Notes under the pieces: model-generated
Told to the model about the DNA's origin: nothing
Databases searched by the model: none
The model's input: the letters and a program-made list of their open reading frames with translations, nothing else
Assembly: GCA_963555995.3 (NCBI GenBank)
Contig: OY821641.1
Coordinates: 64,001 to 128,000 of the forward strand
Source of the DNA: Vicinamibacteria bacterium
GTDB taxonomy: Bacteria; Acidobacteriota; Vicinamibacteria; Marinacidobacterales; Marinacidobacteraceae
DNA: 64,000 nt
Direction: 5' to 3'
In this document: positions 9,903-20,569 of the stretch, piece after piece
Position numbering within the stretch: position 1 is the first letter of the stretch
How the letters are laid out: every line of letters starts with the position of its first letter
Program-made: the position numbers and the translations under genes

Positions 9903-10747
9903 CGGACGGCCTCCGGACTCGAGAGCCGGCGGGCGGGCGCCGGCGCGGAGGCGCCGGACGGGGCCGGACGCGACCTCGCGAGTTCCGCTTCCAGGTCCGA
10001 GCGGTCGGCGACCGGCACGATCCGCCCGCCGGAAACCACGCTCGCCTGCCCGGTCTCCTCGGAGACGACCAGCACCGTGGCATCGGTCTCTTCGGTAAGA
10101 CCCAGCGCGGCGCGGTGCCGGGTCCCTCCGAACCCGCGTTCGGCATCGTGCCGGGAGAGGGGGAGCACGCAGCGGGCGGCGACGATCCGGTCGCCGCTGA
10201 CGATGGCGGCTCCATCATGCAGCGGGGAGGTGGGCTGGAACAGCGAGACCAGCAGTTGCGAACTCAGTTTGGCGTCCACCGGCATGCCGGAGTCGGCATA
10301 GCTCTTCAGGCCGATGTTCCCCTGCCAGACGACGATGGCGCCCACCCGGTGGCGGGAGAGATCGGTGGCGGCTTCGACCAGCGTCGCGATGGTGGCGCGT
10401 TGCGGGTCCTGATCCCGGCGCCGGCCGCGGAGGAAACCGCCGCCGCCGATCTGGGCGAGGCCGGTCCTGATCTCCGCCTGATAGAGGACGATGATCGCGA
10501 TTCCCAGATAGGGCAGCGTGTTGCGCACGATCCACTGGACGGTGGTGAGCCCGAGCTGGCTCGACCCGGTGAGCAGCAGCAGGCCGCCGACGATCACGGT
10601 ACCGAAGGCCATCTGGGAGGCGCGGCGGCCCTCGATGAGCTTGAGCAGGACGTAGATCGCCCCGGCCACCAGGAGGATGTCCAGGACGTCCGTCCAGGAC
10701 AGGCGCGCCGCGAGTGTCTCGGCCAGTTCGAGGATTCTTTCGGTCAA
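9899..10747 (-). CDS. cdaA: Membrane diadenylate cyclase CdaA/DacA
   Basis: Three TM helices, SPLHDGA, GTRHRAA, VVSEETG. Confidence 0.93.
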   Translation of the reverse strand: MTERILELAETLAARLSWTDVLDILLVAGAIYVLLKLIEGRRASQMAFGTVIVGGLLLLTGSSQLGLTTVQWIVRNTLPYLGIAIIVLYQAEIRTGLAQIGGGGFLRGRRRDQDPQRATIATLVEAATDLSRHRVGAIVVWQGNIGLKSYADSGMPVDAKLSSQLLVSLFQPTSPLHDGAAIVSGDRIVAARCVLPLSRHDAERGFGGTRHRAALGLTEETDATVLVVSEETGQASVVSGGRIVPVADRSDLEAELARSRPAPSGASAPAPARRLSSPEAVR

Positions 10748-10786
10748 TCGGAACTCTTGCGCCGGCTGGGAGCTCCCCCCGCTTGT

Positions 10787-12709
<1,923 letters not shown>

Positions 12710-12796
12710 CTCAACTCAACAGTCTGCGGGGAACCGGCCGCGTGACTCTGCTCACCGGCTCTCGGTTTTCGTCACTCATACGAAGGAAGTCGGCAA

Positions 12797-12802
12797 ATTA
12801 TA
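12797..12802 (-). promoter_or_regulatory. Candidate -10 box for ftsH
   Basis: Perfect TATAAT on the minus strand about 90 nt upstream of the start, in a GC-rich background. No clear -35. Confidence 0.45.
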
Positions 12803-12884
12803 GGTTGCGGCCCGATTCTCCCGGCCGGGCGGGCTCGGGGGCCGGGCATCAGCCGCGTTCGACGCCGGCGACATCGGGAGTACC

Positions 12885-14015
12885 TCAGGACCCGCCGGCG
12901 CTGCCCACGGGGGCCTTTTCGGCGGGCGACAGGGTCAGCACCCGCCGCTCCAGCCGGGCGACCGCCCCCGGCAGATCCACCGAGGACCCGCCGCGGCCCG
13001 CCCGGACGAGACCGAGCACCGCCTCGATGTGCACGGCCCCGATGCGCCGCAGGTCTCCGCGCGCGGTCCGGAGTCCTTCCCGGACCAGGCGGCGCGCCAG
13101 CGCCGGGCGCGCCGCGCCGAGCGCGGCGGCCGGAAACCGGACCGCGGTGGCGCCGCCGCACTCCACCACGGTCGCCACCTCCCGGAAGCGTTCGGCAGTG
13201 ATTTCGCTCAGCCACTCCTCGTCGTCCCGCAGGAGCGAGGCGGTCCGGCCGAGCGCCGCTTCCGCCTGCGGGTTCACTGCGTCCCGCAGGAGTGGAAGGG
13301 CCTCGCGCCGGACCCGGTTCCGGGTGAATCCGTCGAGTTCGTTGGATGGATCGGGATAGAACGGCCACCCCGCTGCGGTCACGAGTTCGTGGATGCCGGT
13401 CCGCGAGACCGCGAGCAGCGGCCGGACGATCAGGAGTCCCCGCTCGTCGTTCCGGACGGGGGCCATGGCGCCGAGCCCGAGGGCGCCGGCGCCGCGGGTC
13501 AACCGGAGCAGGACGGTCTCGGCCTGGTCGGTCAGGGTGTGCCCGAGGAGGACGGTGTGGATGCCCCGTTCGCGGGCGACTTCGGCGAGGAAATCGAGCC
13601 GGGCCAGTCTGCCGGCCTCTTCGATGGAGCGGCCCTCCTGGCGGGCGCGGTCCTGGACGTCGCGCCGGCCGGTGACGCACTCGATCCCGAGCGACGACGC
13701 GACGGTCCGCGCGAACCTCGCCTGCTTCCCGGAATCGGGGCGGAGCCGGTGGTCGAGGTGCGCCGCCAGGAGCGCCGGACCGCCCGCCCTCTCGCGCACC
13801 CCGCCGCGGGCGCCGAGCAGGTGCAGCAGCGCCGTCGAGTCCATGCCCCCGGAAAACCCGACCAGGACGGACCGGTTCCCGGCATCGTCCGGAAACCAGT
13901 CGAGGGCGGCGGCGAGCGCTTCCTCGACGGCCGCGCGAACCGGGCGAGCCGATGTTTCCTTCTCGGGCGGCGAAACCCGGGAGACTCCGGGATCAGGCGC
14001 TGGCCGAGGTTCCAT
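12885..14015 (-). CDS. tilS: tRNA(Ile)-lysidine synthase
   Basis: SGGMDS, HLDHRLR, HTLTDQAET, DPSN, RNRVR. Lies upstream of ftsH. Confidence 0.93.
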   Translation of the reverse strand: MEPRPAPDPGVSRVSPPEKETSARPVRAAVEEALAAALDWFPDDAGNRSVLVGFSGGMDSTALLHLLGARGGVRERAGGPALLAAHLDHRLRPDSGKQARFARTVASSLGIECVTGRRDVQDRARQEGRSIEEAGRLARLDFLAEVARERGIHTVLLGHTLTDQAETVLLRLTRGAGALGLGAMAPVRNDERGLLIVRPLLAVSRTGIHELVTAAGWPFYPDPSNELDGFTRNRVRREALPLLRDAVNPQAEAALGRTASLLRDDEEWLSEITAERFREVATVVECGGATAVRFPAAALGAARPALARRLVREGLRTARGDLRRIGAVHIEAVLGLVRAGRGGSSVDLPGAVARLERRVLTLSPAEKAPVGSAGGS

Positions 14016-15309
14016 CCTGCTTCGCCCCCGAGCCGGATGATCCCGCAGTGCCCGGCTCGATCCGCAGCCGGGTGATCCGGTGGCCGTCCACGGCCATCAC
14101 CCGGAGCACGGCCCCCGGAATCGAGACGGTTTCCCCCGCTTCCGGGATATGGCCGGTGCGGGCGAGCACGAATCCCGCCACGGTGTCGTAGTCATCGCCC
14201 GGCGGAATCTCGATCGCTGCTTCGGGGCCGCTCGCGCCGGGTCCGTGCTGGGCGAGTTCGGCGTTGGCCTCGGAAACGGTCAGGGTGCCGTCGAGCAGAA
14301 AGCTCCCCCCGGGCCCCGGCGCGCGCTCGCCGGGTGCGGGACCGCGAATGGCTTCGAGGAGCGAACTCGAGGTGACCAGCCCTTCGACCCCCCCGTGTTC
14401 GTCCACCACGATGAGCATGCGGCAGGACTGTTCGCGCATCTGGACGAGCGCCTGGGCGAGCGTCGCGGTACCCGGAGAAAAGCGTGCCGGCGTCAGGTGG
14501 TCTTCCGGCCGGAAGCCGGCCCCGGATTCGACGGCCGGCAGGACGTCGCGAAGATCCATGATGCCCCGGACGTCGTCGAGGGTGCTTCCCACCACCGGGA
14601 GCCGCGTATGGCCGTGCTGGCGGAAGAGCCGCATCGCCTCCGCGACTTCAGCGCCGAACGGGACGGCCACGATCGCCCGCCTCGGGGTCATGACCTCGGT
14701 GAGCCGCCGTCCGGTGGCGTCGGCGAGCCGCACCAGGACCTGCCGTTCGACGGCGTCGGCGTCGGGGGATCCGAACCGCAGGCTCTCCCGCATCTCGGCG
14801 GCGCTGATGGCCGTCTCGCGCGCCGGACGCGAGATGCCGAAGACCCGCAGCAGGTTCGTCACCAGCCAGGACAGGGCGGCGGCGATCGGGCCGAGGAGCC
14901 GGAGAAACCCCTGCACCGGGCGCACCATGCTCAACGACCACTTCTCGGAATGGCGGGCGGCGATGCTCTTGGGCACCATCTCGCCGAAGACGAGCAGGGC
15001 GGCGCCGACGAGAAGCGTCGCGAGGGTCGCCGCGCGGGCGCGCTCCTCGGTCGTCTCGGCTCCCGCCGAGAGCACCACCGTGGCGAGCACGCCGGCGAGC
15101 ACGTTGGCGAAGACGTTTCCCGTCAGGATCGCTCCCAGGAAGCGTTCCGGATGCTCGGCCACCCGGACGACGGCGGCGGCCTTGCGGCTCCTGACCGCGA
15201 GGGCGCGCAGGCGGTGCAGCCGCACCGCCATGAAGGCGGTTTCCGATCCCGAGAAGAAGGCCGAAAGGACCAGTACCCCGAGGAGCGCCGCCGCGAAGGC
15301 CCAGGTCAC
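13993..15309 (-). CDS. CNNM(DUF21)-CBS-CorC/HlyC hemolysin-family transporter
   Basis: SAFFSGSETA, FGEMVPKS, VMTPR, VVDEHGGVEGLVT, YDTVAG. Confidence 0.88.
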   Translation of the reverse strand: MTWAFAAALLGVLVLSAFFSGSETAFMAVRLHRLRALAVRSRKAAAVVRVAEHPERFLGAILTGNVFANVLAGVLATVVLSAGAETTEERARAATLATLLVGAALLVFGEMVPKSIAARHSEKWSLSMVRPVQGFLRLLGPIAAALSWLVTNLLRVFGISRPARETAISAAEMRESLRFGSPDADAVERQVLVRLADATGRRLTEVMTPRRAIVAVPFGAEVAEAMRLFRQHGHTRLPVVGSTLDDVRGIMDLRDVLPAVESGAGFRPEDHLTPARFSPGTATLAQALVQMREQSCRMLIVVDEHGGVEGLVTSSSLLEAIRGPAPGERAPGPGGSFLLDGTLTVSEANAELAQHGPGASGPEAAIEIPPGDDYDTVAGFVLARTGHIPEAGETVSIPGAVLRVMAVDGHRITRLRIEPGTAGSSGSGAKQDGTSASA

Positions 15310-15328
15310 CCTTGGTACGCCGGGCGGT

Positions 15329-16432
15329 TCACGCGAGAGTCCCGGCCGACGCCTCCGGACGCAACGTGCGGTACTTGGTGTCCCTTTGAACCGGAGTGAA
15401 ACCGGCTTCCCGGATCAGGATCTGCACCTCGTCAATGCTCGTGCGGTTGATGAAACCCGTGCACGCGTGAACGTTCTCCTCGAGCAGGGTGCCCCCGAAG
15501 TCGTCGGCGCCCCAGTGAAGGCCGACCTGGCCGGCCTTCTTCCCCTCGCTGAACCACGATGCCTGGATGTGATCGAAGTTGTCCAGCATCAGACGCGAGA
15601 CACCGAGGATACGGAGGTAGTCGTTCGGTCCCGCGTAGTGCGGGATCTTCCGGACGAGCGGCGTGTTGCCGGGTTTGAAACTCCAGGGCACGAACGCCGT
15701 GAAACCGTGGAACTCGTCCTGCAGCTCGCGGATGCTCAGCAGGTGGGTGACGATGTCTTCGGTCGTTTCCACGTGGCCGTACATCATGGTCGCGGTACTC
15801 ACGAATCCCACCGCGTGGGCCTCGCGATGCACATCGAGCCAGGCGGCCGCTCCCCCCTTCTTGTGGGACACCTTCCGCCGCACCCGGTCGCTCAGGATCT
15901 CGGCGCCGCCGCCGGGGAGCGTGTCCTGCCCAGCCTCCTTGAGCTTGACGAGGACCTCGCGAATGCCGAGCCTGCTGACCTTCGCCATACCTTCGACCTC
16001 GACGGCCGACCAGTAGTGCGGGGTCACCTCCGGAAAGCGTTCGCGCGTACCGCGGACGAGATCGAGGTAGTAGTCGAGCGGCAGCGACTCGTTCACCCCG
16101 CCCTGCAGGAGGACGGTGGTCGCGCCCTGCTCGACCGCCCTGCCGATGCGGTCCAGCATTTCCTCGACCGAATGGGTATAGGCCTCCGCGTGTCCCGGGG
16201 GCCGATAGAAGGCGCAGAAGGTGCAGTCCACCTCGCAGACGTTCGTGTAGTTGGGATTCGTATCGACCACGAAGGTGACTTCCCGCTCCGGATTCCGGCG
16301 GAAACGGTCGTGGTTGGCAAGCTCTCCGACGAACAGCAGGGGAGCCTCGTCCATCAACCAGACGGCATCAGCTTCCGAGAGCCGCACGCGGCTCTCCACC
16401 TTGCGCCGGATCCGGTCCATTGCGCCAGTCAT
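15329..16432 (-). CDS. mqnC: Cyclic dehypoxanthinyl futalosine synthase (radical SAM)
   Basis: NYTNVCEVDCTFCAFY, PGGGAEIL, TATMMYGHVE, GADDFGG. Confidence 0.88.
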   Translation of the reverse strand: MTGAMDRIRRKVESRVRLSEADAVWLMDEAPLLFVGELANHDRFRRNPEREVTFVVDTNPNYTNVCEVDCTFCAFYRPPGHAEAYTHSVEEMLDRIGRAVEQGATTVLLQGGVNESLPLDYYLDLVRGTRERFPEVTPHYWSAVEVEGMAKVSRLGIREVLVKLKEAGQDTLPGGGAEILSDRVRRKVSHKKGGAAAWLDVHREAHAVGFVSTATMMYGHVETTEDIVTHLLSIRELQDEFHGFTAFVPWSFKPGNTPLVRKIPHYAGPNDYLRILGVSRLMLDNFDHIQASWFSEGKKAGQVGLHWGADDFGGTLLEENVHACTGFINRTSIDEVQILIREAGFTPVQRDTKYRTLRPEASAGTLA

Positions 16433-17220
16433 GACACGCCGTTCCTTGCCTCCGAGGGGGGAATCAGATCGTTTTCGCTCACCAGTCGCCGGAAGGTTTC
16501 AAGACCCCGGCGCTCCAGTTCGTCGAAACGATAGGTGAAGTCCGAGAGATACGTCGCGATGGTCGCTCGTTCTCCCAGCGGCCCTGCCGCCTCGTCCGCG
16601 ATTTCGGGAATCCTCTCGACGCCGCGCTCGAGCGAGGCGGCGATCGTTTCCCGGAGCCCGGACCGCTTGGCCGAAGTCAGCGACCGGCGCGCGCTCCAGA
16701 TCGCGAAGACGAAGGGCAGTCCGGTCCAATCCCTCCAGCGGGCAGCGAGGTCGTAACGGTAGGGGAACCGCGGATCGGGCCGTTCCCGCTCCCGAAGCGC
16801 CTCGTCGCCGATCAGGAGGACGGCCTCGTGCTCCCGTGTGATCCCCGGGCGGTACTCCGGACGCTCGATGCCGAGCCGCTGTTCGAGCCAGAGCCGGAGC
16901 AACAGCACCGAGGTCGAGGTCTCCCGGGTGATCTCGACGATCTTGCCGCCGAGCTGCTCCGGCGGGCGCCGCGACAGCAGAAACACGCTTCCCGCCTGCT
17001 CGCGGCACGCGATTCCGAAGGCGCCGCGCGGGTCCCCCAGCGGCGAGTACCGTGCTTCGTTGCGCATCAGGTCTCCCGCCGAAAGAAGTCCGGCGTCGAG
17101 TTCGGAAGTCGCCGCGAGCCGGCCGATCTCGGACGGAGACGCGCGGAACACGCGCAGGCCCGGAAAGGGCTCGAAGGGCCGGGTATTGAGGTAGGCGAGT
17201 TGCCCGAGCAGCAGGCGCAC
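16429..17220 (-). CDS. mqnA: Chorismate dehydratase
   Basis: YLNTRP, TSTSVLL, LLIGDEAL, DLA..W...TGLPFVFAIW. Confidence 0.88.
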   Translation of the reverse strand: MRLLLGQLAYLNTRPFEPFPGLRVFRASPSEIGRLAATSELDAGLLSAGDLMRNEARYSPLGDPRGAFGIACREQAGSVFLLSRRPPEQLGGKIVEITRETSTSVLLLRLWLEQRLGIERPEYRPGITREHEAVLLIGDEALRERERPDPRFPYRYDLAARWRDWTGLPFVFAIWSARRSLTSAKRSGLRETIAASLERGVERIPEIADEAAGPLGERATIATYLSDFTYRFDELERRGLETFRRLVSENDLIPPSEARNGVS

Positions 17221-17249
17221 TGGGGAGAATCGGCTCCGCGGGCGGTCAG

Positions 17250-17428
17250 CAGCCTGTGGATAAAGTGACGTGAGTGCCGAGAACGCCGAGGCGCCCGGCT
17301 GACAAGGCGCGTGAGGGAGGAATACCGAGCGTATTCCGACCGAAACGCAACGCAGAGCGCCTCGTAGAGGCGCGGTTCAGGCAGGATGCATCGGCGTTCG
17401 AATGCCGCGTGACTTTGTCCACAGGCTG
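17250..17428 (+). mobile_element. 179-bp MITE, family A, copy 2
   Basis: CAGCCTGTGGATAAAGT...ACTTTGTCCACAGGCTG, followed by CTAG, which contains the mqnE stop codon. Confidence 0.88.
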
Positions 17429-18541
17429 CTAGGCGGCCTCCCAGACCTGGACCTCGTTGTAGAGCGCGTCGCGCTCCACGGGGACCTTGCCGGCGTCCTG
17501 GATCATCTGGATGAGCCGCTCGCGGGCGACGCCGACCGGACTCGTCGCCTGCGCGAGATGCGCGATCTTCTCTTCGCCGATGGTTCCGTCGAGGTCACTG
17601 GCTCCGAAGTTCAGCGCCATGGCGGCCGAGTCCTCGCCGAGCATCACCCAGTAAGCCTTGACGTGGGGAAAGTTGTCGAGGAGCAGCCGGGCGCAGGCGA
17701 CGGTTCGGAGATCCTCGAGCACCGACGCCTGACGCTCGGCGAGCCCGGTGTTGCCCGGCTGCAGGGCGAGCGGGATGAACGACTGGAACCCGGCATCCGA
17801 CGGATCGCGGCCGTCCTGCGCTTCCCGAAGCTGGATCATGTGATCCACCCGTTCGGCGAGCGTCTCGATGTGCCCGTAGAGCAGGGTCGCGTTCGTCATG
17901 ATCCCCATGCGATGAGCCGCCCGATGCACTTCGAACCAGCGTTCACGCCCGATCTTGGTCTTGAACGTCTCCTTGCGGACGCGGTCCGAGAACACCTCCG
18001 CGCCACCCCCCGGGAGCGTCCGGAGGCCCGCCTCCTTCAGTTGGATCAGAATGTCCTCGATGGTGGTTTTCTCCAGCCGGGCGAACCAGTCGATCTCGAC
18101 GGCGGTCCACGCCTTGATCTGGACGGTCGGATGGTTCCGATGGATCTCGCGAACGATCTCGAGATAGCGGGCGAAGGGCCACTTGGGGTGCAGGCCGCCG
18201 ACGATATGGACCTCGGAGAGTTCGTCGGATACCTGGGCGAGGACATCCTCGATGGACTGTTCGTAGGCGTGTGCGTCGCCCGGCTTGGCGGCGAAGTCGC
18301 AGAAGACGCAGGAAAGGACGCACAGGTTCGTCGGGTTGATCTGCCGGTTCACCACGAACTGGACCCGGTCCCCGTTGCGCGCCCGGGCGGCGTGGTCCGC
18401 CATCCGGCCCAGCGCCGGCAGGTCAACGGTCCGGAGCAGGGTCATTCCGTCGTCGAAATCGAGGCGGTCTCCGGCCAGGACTTTCTCCCAGATCGGGACC
18501 AGGGAGCGGTCGCGGAACGCGACGCCTTCGGCAATCAGCAC
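17429..18541 (-). CDS. mqnE: Aminofutalosine synthase (radical SAM)
   Basis: INPTNLCVLSCVFCDF, EVHIVGGLHP, NATLLYGHIE, HVKAYWVM. Start placed at GTG 18541. Confidence 0.9.
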   Translation of the reverse strand: MLIAEGVAFRDRSLVPIWEKVLAGDRLDFDDGMTLLRTVDLPALGRMADHAARARNGDRVQFVVNRQINPTNLCVLSCVFCDFAAKPGDAHAYEQSIEDVLAQVSDELSEVHIVGGLHPKWPFARYLEIVREIHRNHPTVQIKAWTAVEIDWFARLEKTTIEDILIQLKEAGLRTLPGGGAEVFSDRVRKETFKTKIGRERWFEVHRAAHRMGIMTNATLLYGHIETLAERVDHMIQLREAQDGRDPSDAGFQSFIPLALQPGNTGLAERQASVLEDLRTVACARLLLDNFPHVKAYWVMLGEDSAAMALNFGASDLDGTIGEEKIAHLAQATSPVGVARERLIQMIQDAGKVPVERDALYNEVQVWEAA

Positions 18542-18597
18542 AGGGAATCTCGGGGGCGAAAAATCGTAGCACGGCGAGGAGCGCCGGTCTTCAGGCC

Positions 18598-18699
18598 CAA
18601 TACTGTTGCCTTTGGCACGAGACCGCCCTGATTCGATGGCCTGGGGGCCGGTTTGGAGGCACTTCAAGCGATGCTTGAGGTACTAAAGCAACAGTATTG
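18598..18699. mobile_element. 102-bp IS4-like MITE (family B) inserted into a REP
   Basis: TIRs CAATACTGTTGC...GCAACAGTATTG, flanked by the direct repeat GGTCTTCAGGCC (18586-18597 and 18700-18711). AT-richer than its surroundings. Confidence 0.8.
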
Positions 18700-18735
18700 G
18701 GTCTTCAGGCCGGCGCTCCAGAGCGCCGCTCCTAG

Positions 18736-18914
18736 CAGCCTGTGGACAAAGTCACGCGGTGTTCGGCGGGCGATGCATCCCGGCTGAACCGCGCCGCTTT
18801 GCGGCGCTCTGCGTTGCGTTTCGGTCGAAATACACCCGGTATTCCTCCCTCACGCGCCTTGTCAGCCGGGCGCCTCGCCCACCTCGGCGCTCACGTCACT
18901 TTATCCACAGGCTG
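18736..18914 (-). mobile_element. 179-bp MITE, family A, copy 3 (inverted)
   Basis: Perfect CTAG on both sides (18732-18735 and 18915-18918). The right CTAG contains the ubiX stop. Confidence 0.9.
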
Positions 18915-19466
18915 CTAGCGGGTTTCTTCTTCGCGCCACCCGGGGGCGTCGCTGACCCCGAGCACTCCGAGCACCTTGTCGCAGAAGCCGTCCACGACTT
19001 CGGCCATGGAGTCGGGGTTCCGGTACCAGGGAGGGGCCACGGGCATCACGATCCCACCCGCTTCGGAAACGGCGAGGGCGTTCCGCAGGGTGATCGTGGA
19101 CCAGGGGGTCTCGCGCACGCAGAGGACGAGGCGCATGCGCTCCTTGAGGGCGACCTGCGCCGCCCGGGTGATCAGGGTGTCCGCGATTCCGTTCGCGACC
19201 TTGCCCAGCGTCGAAAGGCTGCACGGGATCAGAACGAGGGCGTCGTAGCGGTTGGAACCCGAAGACCAGGGCGCGGCCAGATCGGAGTCGCGATGGACGC
19301 GTCGGACGTGTCCCTTCAGGTCGTCCAGCGCCAGGCCGGTCTCGAGCCGCAGCACCTCCTCTCCCCAGCGGGACACGATGAGGTGTTTCTCGCCCGGACA
19401 GCGTTTCAGGAACCGAACACCGTAAACCGCTCCCGAAGAGCCCGACATGCCGACGACGATTCTCAT
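18915..19466 (-). CDS. ubiX: Flavin prenyltransferase UbiX/MqnM
   Basis: MRIVVGMSGSSG, APWSSGS, PCSLSTL, LKERMRL..VRETP. ATG overlaps the upstream stop. Confidence 0.92.
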   Translation of the reverse strand: MRIVVGMSGSSGAVYGVRFLKRCPGEKHLIVSRWGEEVLRLETGLALDDLKGHVRRVHRDSDLAAPWSSGSNRYDALVLIPCSLSTLGKVANGIADTLITRAAQVALKERMRLVLCVRETPWSTITLRNALAVSEAGGIVMPVAPPWYRNPDSMAEVVDGFCDKVLGVLGVSDAPGWREEETR

Positions 19467-20314
19467 GACCACGGGACGGAAGTTCGGGACAGCAGAATGC
19501 CCAGGAAGACGACGCATCCCAGCACGGCGTTCACCTGAAAGAAGGCGAAGTTCACCCGGTGCCGGAGTTGATGTTGCAAGAGGAAGAGACCGCCGGTGAG
19601 GATGAACAGGAGACCGGGCACCGTGCCCTGCAGCGAGGTGGAGAACAGAATCATAAGAGCAGCGAACGCGAGCGCATGCATCCCGGCAGCAACCCTGGCG
19701 GCCTGCCGGCTTCCGATCGCCGCCGGCAGCGAGAAGACGCCGGTCCGGCGGTCCGATTCCTCGTCGAGGGTTGCATAGAGAATGTCGAAGCCGGCGGACC
19801 AGAGCGCCGTAAAGACGGACAGCATCACGATCGGAAAGAGACCGCGCCACTCGAGAGCCACCGCGTAGAAGCCGCATAGCGGGCCGAGGGCGAGCGTGAC
19901 GCCGAGTCCGAGGTGCGCCCACCGGGTGGTTCGCTTCAGGAGTGGATAACCGACGAAGGCCGCCAGCGGAATGGGAGCGATGGCCAGGCAACGGGGCGAG
20001 ATCGCCCAGGCCGCAAGCAGGGCGACGACGAACGCGAACACCGCCACGGCCACCGCACTGCGAAGAGAGATCTCGCCGGCCGGCAGGGCGCGATTCGCGG
20101 TGCGTGGATTCTGTGCGTCGAGGCGACGGTCGAGGATGCGGTTCAGCCCCAGCGCGGTCGTGCGCGCCCCCGTGGCCGCGATGAGAATCAACACCGCCGT
20201 GCGCAGCGTGAGTGGAGGTTCCGCGAGCAGCGCGCCCGCATAGATCAGCGGCACCGAGAACAGCGTATGTTCGATCTTGAGGTAGTCGGCCCAGACCTTG
20301 AGGCGGTGTTTCAT
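19463..20314 (-). CDS. UbiA-like polyprenyltransferase of the futalosine pathway (MqnP-type)
   Basis: KIEHTLF, NRILDRRLDAQNPRTANR, AGFDILYA..D..SD. Sits in the mqn cluster. Confidence 0.88.
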   Translation of the reverse strand: MKHRLKVWADYLKIEHTLFSVPLIYAGALLAEPPLTLRTAVLILIAATGARTTALGLNRILDRRLDAQNPRTANRALPAGEISLRSAVAVAVFAFVVALLAAWAISPRCLAIAPIPLAAFVGYPLLKRTTRWAHLGLGVTLALGPLCGFYAVALEWRGLFPIVMLSVFTALWSAGFDILYATLDEESDRRTGVFSLPAAIGSRQAARVAAGMHALAFAALMILFSTSLQGTVPGLLFILTGGLFLLQHQLRHRVNFAFFQVNAVLGCVVFLGILLSRTSVPWS

Positions 20315-20453
20315 CGATGGCGGCAGGTTACCGGACGCGTCCCGGACAAAGTTTCCTTATGCTCGCGTGGCCACGGTTGCCGTGGAGATGCAGTGTAGGC
20401 GAGCGGTCCACCGCCGCTCCTGGCAATCCATCCCTTGGGGAGATATCCATAGG

Positions 20454-20483
20454 TTGACCAAACCTCGAACGCGGTGTTACGCT
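20454..20483 (+). promoter_or_regulatory. Candidate sigma70 promoter for the basic repeat protein
   Basis: TTGACC, an 18-nt spacer, then TACGCT with an extended -10 TG. AAAGGA RBS before ATG 20570. Confidence 0.55.
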
Positions 20484-20569
20484 GAATTCGTGGGTTGCAC
20501 AGCCGAGCCCGGTTTCGTTGGTTCGTTTCCGGTCGGGCCGGTTCCTCGCGAGGGGTGAAAGGACCTGTA

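Noticed and set aside
12710-12796. Riboswitch or ribozyme in the ftsH leader
   Set aside because: Only a GTGAC/GTCAC stem is visible. There is no convincing c-di-AMP riboswitch or hammerhead core.
18546-18667. Extended mqnE N-terminus in the ORF track
   Set aside because: The extension is encoded largely by the REP/MITE insertion. Homology begins near GTG 18541.
19463-20314. Horizontal origin of the mqnP-type gene, suggested by somewhat more A/T-ending codons
   Set aside because: Impression only. It needs a GC3 or codon-usage calculation, and the gene is coupled to ubiX in its expected pathway context.
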